Source: Paracoccaceae bacterium
GTDB taxonomy: Bacteria; Pseudomonadota; Alphaproteobacteria; Rhodobacterales; Rhodobacteraceae
Reading direction: 5' to 3'
Assembly (NCBI GenBank): GCA_041633555.1
Contig: JBFKFZ010000001.1
Coordinates: 20,259 to 84,258, forward strand
Length of the DNA stretch: 64,000 bases
Shown one piece after another: positions 9,717 to 17,270 of the stretch. Under the pieces are notes generated by a model. The model was not told where the DNA came from. It was given only the letters and a program-made list of their open reading frames with translations, and did not search any database. Every line of letters begins with the position of its first letter. Position 1 is the stretch's first letter. Position numbers and translations under genes: made by a program.

Positions 9717-11201
9717 TCATTTTAGCCTGTCCAGTTGTTCTTTGTAAGCACGCGCAAATTCCCGGGAAAACAGCTCTTGAAAGTCATTCTCGGCCTGATC
9801 GGAAATCTGCGCAAACATTTCTTTGTAAATATCCCAGTAGCGGGCCTTTTTCGACTTCAGCAGGTTGGCCAGACTGCTGTCGGAAGAAATTCTCTCTTCG
9901 AGAATTTCGGGATCGAGCCGGGCCAGCACGCCGCGCAGCGCTGCCTCCATCCCGGTCACCATTGCAACCTCATGCGCCTTGATGTCGGAAAGCGCCTGTT
10001 CGGCCGCATCGGTCGGATCGAGATAGCCCTTCGACCTCGGCCGGACCAGCGCCTCGACGGCCTGTTCCGGGCTGATCGAGAATTTCAGCGGGTTGTTGGC
10101 GCCCGAACTGATCTGGGTCTGTTCGATCCGGAATTCCGACTTGATCGAAGTGCGCGTCATCAGGATCTCTCGCAGGCCGTGGATCATGACGCGCAGGACA
10201 TGGCCCATGCGCTCCATTGTCGGCACGAGCGCCTCGTTCTCGAGCCGAAGGTCCTCCATTCCCAACGACTTGAGAAAGGCGCGCACCGCTGCATCATCTG
10301 CTCCGGTGGGTTCCCTTTGCTGCGGGACGGTGGGCTTCGGCGTTGGCGGCGCTGGTTTGGCAGGAGGCACTTCCGGTGTTGGGCCCAGTCCGGGGTCACC
10401 CAGTTCCTCGTCCTCCGGGATGAAGGCCGCGCCACCGGCGCCGGTCTGGGGGGTCGCCAGTCCTGGTTTGGCAAAGGGATCGTCGGATCGGGCCTCATTG
10501 CCTCCGACTTCCAGATCCCAGTCATCGGGAATCAGATTTGCGCCCCCGCCCCTGCCACGGGTGGCAAAATGGTCCTGCGACGCCGGCGAATGCGCCGACT
10601 GCGACGCGCCCTGCCGGGTCTCGGGATCATCCTCGAGCGGTGGCAGCAGATCGTCAGACTCACCCAGCGGCGGCAGTAGGCCGTCATCGCCAAGTTCCTC
10701 GCGCTTGACGCCCTTGGGACCGGCGGGAAGGTCGGAACCGCCCAGAAGCTCGTCAAGGAAGTCACCCTTTTCGGAGCCGCTGTCCAGCAGGTCCAATGCA
10801 TCGGGCGAAGTGCTGGCGTCGCCCGGCGAAACCCGGTCCTCAGCCAAAGGATCGGCGATATCGGCCATCGGATCGCGCGACTTGTCCGTCGTGATCTCGA
10901 CCAGAAGCTCGTAGGGTCCGAGGCTCAGGATATCGCCGTCGTTCAGCGGCGTCGGCGTGCTGCCGAGTGCGACCTTGCCATAATTCAGAAATGTGCCGTT
11001 CGTCGAGATGTCGACCACGACGACGTTGCCATTGTGGTCCTCGACGACGCAGTGCCGCTTTGAGAGCATGCGGTCCGGGTCCGGCAGGACCAGATCGTTT
11101 TCGTCACCCCGCCCGATCGTCAGGCTCGGCCCCCGCATCGGCACCGGCTCGCCTTTGCCGGGAATGGCGCCTGTGGATTGGAATCGCAATATGACGGCCA
11201 T
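9717..11201 (-). CDS. tagH: FHA-domain protein TagH/Fha (ImpI), target of the PpkA/PppA pathway
   Basis: N-terminal FHA domain (LTIGRGDENDLVLPDPDRMLSKRHCVV...STNGTFLN), a long Pro/Asp-rich linker and a conserved C-terminal TagH-type domain. Confidence 0.9.
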   Translation of the reverse strand: MAVILRFQSTGAIPGKGEPVPMRGPSLTIGRGDENDLVLPDPDRMLSKRHCVVEDHNGNVVVVDISTNGTFLNYGKVALGSTPTPLNDGDILSLGPYELLVEITTDKSRDPMADIADPLAEDRVSPGDASTSPDALDLLDSGSEKGDFLDELLGGSDLPAGPKGVKREELGDDGLLPPLGESDDLLPPLEDDPETRQGASQSAHSPASQDHFATRGRGGGANLIPDDWDLEVGGNEARSDDPFAKPGLATPQTGAGGAAFIPEDEELGDPGLGPTPEVPPAKPAPPTPKPTVPQQREPTGADDAAVRAFLKSLGMEDLRLENEALVPTMERMGHVLRVMIHGLREILMTRTSIKSEFRIEQTQISSGANNPLKFSISPEQAVEALVRPRSKGYLDPTDAAEQALSDIKAHEVAMVTGMEAALRGVLARLDPEILEERISSDSSLANLLKSKKARYWDIYKEMFAQISDQAENDFQELFSREFARAYKEQLDRLK

Positions 11202-11210
11202 ACGTCTCCT

Positions 11211-11513
11211 CTATCCGCCCGTCAGCACCGTGAACTCGCCCTTTACGATCGGGCCACCCAGCATGCACATGTCCTTCATCCGCAGCGCCGGCATCTTGTT
11301 GATCAGGACGGTGAACGAGCCGACCGGGAACATGTGCGGCGCGGGCGGAACCGGCGGTGAGCCGGTCAGCGCCATATCCATCAGCGCGCGGGCCGCAGGC
11401 AGCTTGCCGACCAGCACGGTTATCGCGCAAGGCGGCAGAATCGGCGAAGGGAACGGCGGTATCGGCACCGTGCAGGTGTGAATGTCCGTCATGCGGGCTT
11501 GTGGAAATCCCAT
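11211..11513 (-). CDS. PAAR-domain spike-tip protein (100 aa, no toxin extension)
   Basis: PAAR-like repeats (VLVGKLPAARALMD, VLINKMPALRMKDM). ATGA overlap with the upstream ORF. Located downstream of vgrG. Confidence 0.85.
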   Translation of the reverse strand: MGFPQARMTDIHTCTVPIPPFPSPILPPCAITVLVGKLPAARALMDMALTGSPPVPPAPHMFPVGSFTVLINKMPALRMKDMCMLGGPIVKGEFTVLTGG

Positions 11514-12124
11514 CAGACCTTTCCCTTGTCGCCGGCTGCTATCGCAGCCGCAAGCTGACCGTTCCCACCACGCGCGATATCGATGGCACGGTCAATAAGT
11601 AATTGCAAATGTGCATCAAAATCAGCGGCGGCAGACAAGGATATCATGTTCATGCCGAAAGCGCAGGAAGACACCGCGCCCACAGGAGCCGGATATTCCG
11701 CAAGATCGCCGGACCCCATATTGCCGGGGGCATACATCGCTGCGGTCGCGCAAAGCTCGGTATCGTCGTCGATATAGACATTGTCGAGCGACACCCGCGC
11801 GGCCTCGCGGTTCTTTTCGGTCGGATCGAACACCCAGGCCTCGCTGGCCTTGAGGCAGGGCGTGGCGTCCTTCTTGTCCGGACCGACCACGTCGCGGGCG
11901 GCGATGCAGGCCCACCAAACCGCCTCTCGCGCCGGCAGCGCGATGGCCAGCAGCCTCAGGATATCGACCCAGGCCGCCTTCTCGGCCAGTTCCCCAAGCA
12001 CCACTTCAACCGGTGCGCTGACAGGAGCTGAGACCGGCACCGACAGTTTCGTATGTACCCGCGCCAGCATCCGGGCGGCGGGCTCCTTGGGGATCTTCTT
12101 GAGGTCTACAAAGCGTTCCGACAT
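11513..12124 (-). CDS. Hypothetical 203-aa protein between vgrG and PAAR (possible adaptor or accessory protein)
   Basis: ATG at 12124 preceded by GAGG. Its stop overlaps the PAAR start (ATGA). No TM segment or signal peptide, and no family I can name with confidence. Confidence 0.6.
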   Translation of the reverse strand: MSERFVDLKKIPKEPAARMLARVHTKLSVPVSAPVSAPVEVVLGELAEKAAWVDILRLLAIALPAREAVWWACIAARDVVGPDKKDATPCLKASEAWVFDPTEKNREAARVSLDNVYIDDDTELCATAAMYAPGNMGSGDLAEYPAPVGAVSSCAFGMNMISLSAAADFDAHLQLLIDRAIDIARGGNGQLAAAIAAGDKGKV

Positions 12125-12132
12125 GTCCAGCC

Positions 12133-14274
12133 TCAATTGATCAGGGTCAGGCCGCCCTTGAGGGTCAGTATCGCGTCCCCCTTGACGGTGCTCATCGGCG
12201 CTTTGGCGGTCAGCATGGCGGAGCCTTCGACATTGATCATCGGCCCCTTGATCGTCACGCCCTGATTGTTGATCAGGATCGAGGACGGCCCGACCTTGAG
12301 TTCGATCGACTGCGCGGCAGTAACCTCGACCTTGCCCGCCGACGTGTCCAGAGTGAAATTGCCGAGGCTGATGGTGACCGCCTCATTGCCCCGCGAGACG
12401 TTCCGCGTGACGTTGCCCTCCTTGACGGTCTGGGCGTAGTTGCCGGTGATCTCCACCGTCGACGTGCCTTCGACAGTCTCGGCATGGTCGGTCTTGACGA
12501 AGACCGTCTGGTTGCCCTCCTCGACGGTGAAGATGTGATCACCGGTTTTGATCGTCTCGGTCTTGGTGTGATATATCGTCTGGGTCAGGTCGCCCGGATC
12601 CATCTTTTCCATGCCGATGGTGATCTCGGCATTGTTCTTGATGGTTTCCTTGTAATCCTTCTCGGACTGCAGGCGCACAAACTCCTCGTCGATCTTATCC
12701 TCGAATATGAGCTCGTTGAACGTGTCGGCGCTTCCGCCTTTCGTACTTCGCGTGACGATCCCGGTCTGGGTCATGTTGTCGGGCAGCTTGTAGGGAGGCA
12801 TCGTGTCGGCATTATAGACCATGCCGGTACAGACCGGCCGGTCGGGGTTGCCTTCCTCAAAGAGAATGACCACTTCCTGGCCGATGCGCGGGATCCAGAT
12901 CATGCCCCAGTTCTTGCCGGTCCAGGGCATCACGCAACGCACCCAGCAGGTCGTGTTTTCGTTGTTCTCGCCGTCCCTGTCCCAGTGGAACTGAACCTTT
13001 ATGCGACCGTATTCGTCGGTGTAGATCTCTTCCCCCGAGGGTCCCGTCACGATCGCGGTGTGGATGCCCGGGATTTCTGGCCAATGGGTGGTGAAGGGCG
13101 CCCGGAAAGGTTCGTTCTTCGGAATGACCTCGAAGAGGCAGCGATAGGCGTCCTTGTTCGACTCGTCGGCTTCCAGCCGCTCGTCGAGCATCTGGTTCGT
13201 CGTCTCTTCATCTTCATAGTCGGATTCGACCTGCAGCTGGTGCGTTGCTGCGATGATCAGAAACTCGGTCTCATCCCGGATTCTCGGATGATCCTTCAGC
13301 TTGAAGGTCTGGCCGTTGGCCATGTTGCGCACGTTGCCCGCTCCACGCCAGCGCTGGTGCTGGACCGCCTGGGCCTCCATCCGGACCCGCGTCTTGCGTT
13401 CCGCCGCCTCGTCGATCTTGGACATGTCGTGATCCTGCGGACTGTCCATGCCGTTTTGCCGAAGATGGCCGGGATAGTCGTAGATCTCATGACTCCTATG
13501 CGAATGAGTGCCCCTCTCGATCGACTTGGACTGTTTCAGATCCGCGTTCGGCCGGGAGAAATCGAAGTCGTCGATCGTGACCTTGCCGGGCGTCTGCCCC
13601 TCGACGGCATTCCAGTCGAAGATGTGATCGTCGGCACGCCGATAACCCCCGGTTTCGCGGAACTTGAAGGGAAAAACCGGGCCGCCCGGGGTCTGTTTGT
13701 GCGCGCCGATGCCATCGGCCAGCACCAACTTCTCTTTCTTGTCGACCTCGATGAAAAAGAAATAGATGCCCTCCTCCTGCATCAGGCGGCATAGAAAGTC
13801 GTAATCGCTTTCGCGATACTGCACGCAGTAGGTACGTGCGGGGTAGGTCTCGGTCAGCTTGTCCTCGAGGTCCGATCCGAAACCGTAAACTCCGAGTATC
13901 TCCTTGATGATCTCGGGCGTCGACTTCTCTTGAAATATCCGGCTGTTCTGACCGCGAGTCAGAAACCAGAAGAATGGCCGGACCTGCGCGATGAAATGCC
14001 CCATCCCCTGGGATAGGCCGATATATTCCGCCGAGACACAACGCCCGGTAAAGGTGCGCTCTTCATCATCAGGCGTGTCGAGACAGAGCGTTATCCGCGC
14101 CCCCACGACCTTCTTCAGCTCCAGCGTCTTGTCCTTGCAGACGAACTCGATCTTCGTCTCGGTCAGCTTGCTGAGCCCCTCCACGACCTCGGCACTTTTG
14201 ACAAAGAGGTTCTCTGCCGAGTAATCACCTTCCATCCGGAGATTTCGGTTCTCAAGCTCCAAGTCCGCAACCAC
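12133..14274 (-). CDS. vgrG: T6SS spike protein VgrG (TssI); start uncertain (GTG 14274 or 14283, or ATG 14235)
   Basis: gp27/gp5-like sequence (FFWFLTRGQNSRIFQEKS, WVRCVMPWTGKNWGMIWIPRIGQEVVILFEEGNPDRP) and C-terminal beta-helix repeats. GGAAAGG lies 9 nt upstream of the GTG at 14274. Confidence 0.9.
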   Translation of the reverse strand: MVADLELENRNLRMEGDYSAENLFVKSAEVVEGLSKLTETKIEFVCKDKTLELKKVVGARITLCLDTPDDEERTFTGRCVSAEYIGLSQGMGHFIAQVRPFFWFLTRGQNSRIFQEKSTPEIIKEILGVYGFGSDLEDKLTETYPARTYCVQYRESDYDFLCRLMQEEGIYFFFIEVDKKEKLVLADGIGAHKQTPGGPVFPFKFRETGGYRRADDHIFDWNAVEGQTPGKVTIDDFDFSRPNADLKQSKSIERGTHSHRSHEIYDYPGHLRQNGMDSPQDHDMSKIDEAAERKTRVRMEAQAVQHQRWRGAGNVRNMANGQTFKLKDHPRIRDETEFLIIAATHQLQVESDYEDEETTNQMLDERLEADESNKDAYRCLFEVIPKNEPFRAPFTTHWPEIPGIHTAIVTGPSGEEIYTDEYGRIKVQFHWDRDGENNENTTCWVRCVMPWTGKNWGMIWIPRIGQEVVILFEEGNPDRPVCTGMVYNADTMPPYKLPDNMTQTGIVTRSTKGGSADTFNELIFEDKIDEEFVRLQSEKDYKETIKNNAEITIGMEKMDPGDLTQTIYHTKTETIKTGDHIFTVEEGNQTVFVKTDHAETVEGTSTVEITGNYAQTVKEGNVTRNVSRGNEAVTISLGNFTLDTSAGKVEVTAAQSIELKVGPSSILINNQGVTIKGPMINVEGSAMLTAKAPMSTVKGDAILTLKGGLTLIN

Positions 14275-14305
14275 GATGACCACCCTTTCCGACGCTTCGC
14301 TCCAA

Positions 14306-14602
14306 TCAGTTGAGCGGTGCGTCAAATTCCAACAAATGATCGTCCCGGCGCAGCCGCTCGACGATCTCGGGATTGATGCCCCATAACGCAGCGAGATTGA
14401 CATCCTCGCCAAGGAACTGCTTCTGCTCGACTACCGTTGCGAAGTGCACGCAACGCACCGGCCGCGGAAAATTCCCGTCGCTCAGTAAGAGTTCATTGAG
14501 AAAGGCCTCTCCTTCGTACAGGTAGTAATGCGTCCGTTCCACAGAGATAAGCGTAATACGGTGGCCACCGCCGCCGCCGGGAAGGCCTTCAAAAGCATTC
14601 AT
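14306..14602 (-). CDS. Hypothetical 98-aa protein, translationally coupled to the sheath-like gene
   Basis: The ATG shares one nt with the upstream TGA (TGATG). Compositionally normal, no TM segment. Ends 22-31 nt before the probable vgrG start. Confidence 0.55.
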   Translation of the reverse strand: MNAFEGLPGGGGGHRITLISVERTHYYLYEGEAFLNELLLSDGNFPRPVRCVHFATVVEQKQFLGEDVNLAALWGINPEIVERLRRDDHLLEFDAPLN

Positions 14603-16383
14603 CACAGATCCTCTAGCAAAGCCGCCAACTCGGCATCCATGATATCATCATCATCGTCGTCGCCATTGGCGTCGTCCTCGTCGTCATCCTCGCCGAAGCT
14701 CGCCAGAAGTTCATCAAGCGAGCTGTCGGTCTCGTCATCCGCCTGGGATTCATCTTCTTCTGGCTCCGGTTCCGGCTCGGGCTCTCGCGGGGCGGGAATT
14801 TCTTCTTCAATCGTGATCACCGGCTGCAGCGGCTTGTGACGCTTGGGCTCGGGCGTCGCCCGCACCGCCTCGAGCGCGTCGGGAAGGACCGGCCTGCCCC
14901 AGGGCCCGGCAATCGGCACGCCGCTCAGCGCGTAGAAAGATCCGAGGCGGATCTCGTCGCGACCCTTGATCGACAGGACAGGCATTACGCCGCGCCGGGC
15001 GACAACCTCGATCTTGGAGGTGGTCAGGTTACGCTCGGTGCAAGGCAGCGCCACCTGATCGCCGTACCGGTCATTTATGTAGTGAAACGGAATGTCCCCC
15101 AGCGACATCACGCTGCCAGGCGACATCTCCGCGCCATCGTTGGTGTAAGTCCGCGCCAGAAGGATCGCGATCAGGACCACCGGGTTTGCCCAGAGCATGC
15201 CTGACAAGCCTTCCTGGTTGCTGAACTCCTCGAACTTGAAGGCGTAGATCGGGTCGGACTTCGCGCCATAGGGCCGGCGCAACATGAAGCGCGGCGTCGC
15301 AACCCCGAGATAGGCCGCCTCTGGCAGGGCCTGCAGCCGCTCCCATGCCCGCGAAACCAGCGGATGGCGCTTGCCCTCGGCAAGGTCCAGAAACCCCGGC
15401 GAGATCGCGGTGAAGAACGGCGAATCGACGTGAGCGGCCACCTTGGCGACCCGGCCGAGCAGTTCGGCATGCGGTGGCGTCTCCTCGAAGGTATAAAGCC
15501 CGAAGAGGGCAGAGAACCCGCCGGTGCCGGAGCCCGATCCTTCGCCGGTCGCGACCGCGTCGCGCAAGAGCGCGAAGAGCCCGCTCTCCGACAGATCGTC
15601 GCTCGCCGCCAGATCAATTGCGATTTCTTCGGCAGAGACATCGAACAGCACGACCTCCAGCGTCTCGTCGGTCTCGATGCTGCGGGCCAGCAGGTCGAGC
15701 GAGCGCCATTGCGACTCGACGGCCTGAAATTCCGGATGGTGCAGGATCAGCCGCATCGCCGAACCGAGCGCCTCATCGACCGCCGCCTTCATCGCCTCGG
15801 CGCCGGGATCGGGGGCAGCCACGATATGCGGCCCCACGACGCGCGCGATCAGATCGTCCGCGGGGCTCGCCTGCCGCAGCCGGGCCTTCGTGTCGCCGAT
15901 CAGCGCCTGAAAGTCGCTTAGCCTGCGATCGGCCGGCACTGCGGTGGCACCGGAGCGTTTCGGCAGCTTCAAGGTTCGGCCGAATGTCTCGCCCCAGCGC
16001 CGCAGTTCCTCTGACGCCTTTTCGACCATCGAGCCCGTGCCAAGCCGCTGCCGGAGCGCTGATAGCGCCTGGAACATCTCGACATTGTCGTAAATCTCAT
16101 CCGGGTGCAGATCGTCGAGACCGCCAAGCTTCACCTCGATCCCGGACCCGTCCTTGCCGGTCGGCAGGATCAGCGTGGTCGCGAAATCCTCGATGACAGC
16201 CTCGATCGTATCGACGTCCAACTGGACCGGCCGGCGATTGGCCAGCGCCTCACCAGTCTCGATCACGCCATTTGCCGACCGGCCGGTGAAATCGCCGAAG
16301 ACCCCGATGCGAAACCGCGTGCGAACCGGCGGATCGGGCCGCGCGAATGGTATCCTGCCGAAAGCGGGGATCCGGTCGCTCAT
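14602..16383 (-). CDS. Fused TssB-like/TssC-like sheath paralog lacking the TssC C-terminal domain, with a Pro-rich then poly-acidic tail
   Basis: N-terminus (VRTRFRIGVFGDFTGRS...VQLDVDTIEAVIEDF) parallels TssB (RVQIEYDVELYG...FMEIDVDNFDERM). The middle (LILHHPEFQAVESQWRSLDLL; LYTFEETPPHAELLGRVAKVAAHV; ATPRFMLRRPYGAKSDP) parallels TssC of this same locus. Tail is EPEPEPEPEEDE...DDDDDD. Confidence 0.8.
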   Translation of the reverse strand: MSDRIPAFGRIPFARPDPPVRTRFRIGVFGDFTGRSANGVIETGEALANRRPVQLDVDTIEAVIEDFATTLILPTGKDGSGIEVKLGGLDDLHPDEIYDNVEMFQALSALRQRLGTGSMVEKASEELRRWGETFGRTLKLPKRSGATAVPADRRLSDFQALIGDTKARLRQASPADDLIARVVGPHIVAAPDPGAEAMKAAVDEALGSAMRLILHHPEFQAVESQWRSLDLLARSIETDETLEVVLFDVSAEEIAIDLAASDDLSESGLFALLRDAVATGEGSGSGTGGFSALFGLYTFEETPPHAELLGRVAKVAAHVDSPFFTAISPGFLDLAEGKRHPLVSRAWERLQALPEAAYLGVATPRFMLRRPYGAKSDPIYAFKFEEFSNQEGLSGMLWANPVVLIAILLARTYTNDGAEMSPGSVMSLGDIPFHYINDRYGDQVALPCTERNLTTSKIEVVARRGVMPVLSIKGRDEIRLGSFYALSGVPIAGPWGRPVLPDALEAVRATPEPKRHKPLQPVITIEEEIPAPREPEPEPEPEEDESQADDETDSSLDELLASFGEDDDEDDANGDDDDDDIMDAELAALLEDL

Positions 16384-17249
16384 GCCTTGTCACCGCGCAT
16401 TTCGGCCAGTTCAGCGCGCAGGGCGCGTATCTCGTCGTGCAATTCCATCACATGGGCATCGACCTGATCGGTCTCCGACTTGACCAACTCCCGCAGTTTC
16501 CCGAACTCCTGTTCGGCCTCTTCCTCGACCGCCGCCTGCATCGTGTTAACAAGGAGGCCGATGAAGAGGTTCAGCACCGAGAATGCGGTGACAATGATGA
16601 AGGGTACGAAGAACGCCCAGGCATTCGGAAACTCCTGCATCACCGGCCGCACGATCCCCATCGACCAGCTTTCGAGCGTCATGATCTGGAACAGCGAATA
16701 GAGCGACCGGCCGAGCGTGCCGAACCAGGCGTCGAACGCATTGCCGTACATGATCGTCGCCATCACGCCAAAGACGTAATAGACGATCGAGAGCATCACG
16801 ATGACAGCACCCATGCCGGGCAGCGCGTCGAGAAGGGCCTGCACCACGGCACGCATCTGCGGCACGACCGAAAGCAGGCGCATGGCCCGGATGACGCGCA
16901 GACCGCGTAGTGCCGAAAGGCTGTCGGTTTGCGGCAAGAGGCCAACGCTGACCACGAACAGATCGAAGATGTTCCATGCGTTGCGGAAGAAGCCAAGCCC
17001 ATAGGCATAGAACTTGAGCAAGAGCTCGATCACAAAGATCGTCAAAACGGTCTTGTCGATGACGTAGAGCGCCCCGCCAAAATTTGCCTGAATTCGGTCT
17101 GATGTGCCCAGACCCAGCGTGATTGCGTTGAATATGATCACGCCGAGAATGCCGGTCTGCACCGCATTTGTTTCCAGCCAGGCGCGCAGCCGCGCCCTGT
17201 GATGGGTTTCTGGCGCTTGCTCCATTTCTTGTTCCATCGATCTGTCCAT
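16380..17249 (-). CDS. Bacterial voltage-gated sodium channel (BacNaV, NaChBac/NavAb family)
   Basis: S4 with Arg at every third residue (LRGLRVIRAMRLLSVVPQMR), selectivity filter FQIMTLESWSMGIVRPV, S6 and a C-terminal coiled coil. ATGA overlap with the next gene; start 21 nt after the clpV stop. Confidence 0.9.
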   Translation of the reverse strand: MDRSMEQEMEQAPETHHRARLRAWLETNAVQTGILGVIIFNAITLGLGTSDRIQANFGGALYVIDKTVLTIFVIELLLKFYAYGLGFFRNAWNIFDLFVVSVGLLPQTDSLSALRGLRVIRAMRLLSVVPQMRAVVQALLDALPGMGAVIVMLSIVYYVFGVMATIMYGNAFDAWFGTLGRSLYSLFQIMTLESWSMGIVRPVMQEFPNAWAFFVPFIIVTAFSVLNLFIGLLVNTMQAAVEEEAEQEFGKLRELVKSETDQVDAHVMELHDEIRALRAELAEMRGDKA

Positions 17250-17270
17250 GCCTTTCTCAGGCCCCTCTAA

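Noticed and set aside
12484-13794. 436-aa plus-strand ORF
   Set aside because: Antisense to vgrG; high-GC artefact.
14275-14412. Longer VgrG N-terminus (track start 14412)
   Set aside because: It would overlap the coupled 98-aa ORF by ~100 nt and adds non-VgrG-like sequence. GTG 14274 has a Shine-Dalgarno (GGAAAGG).
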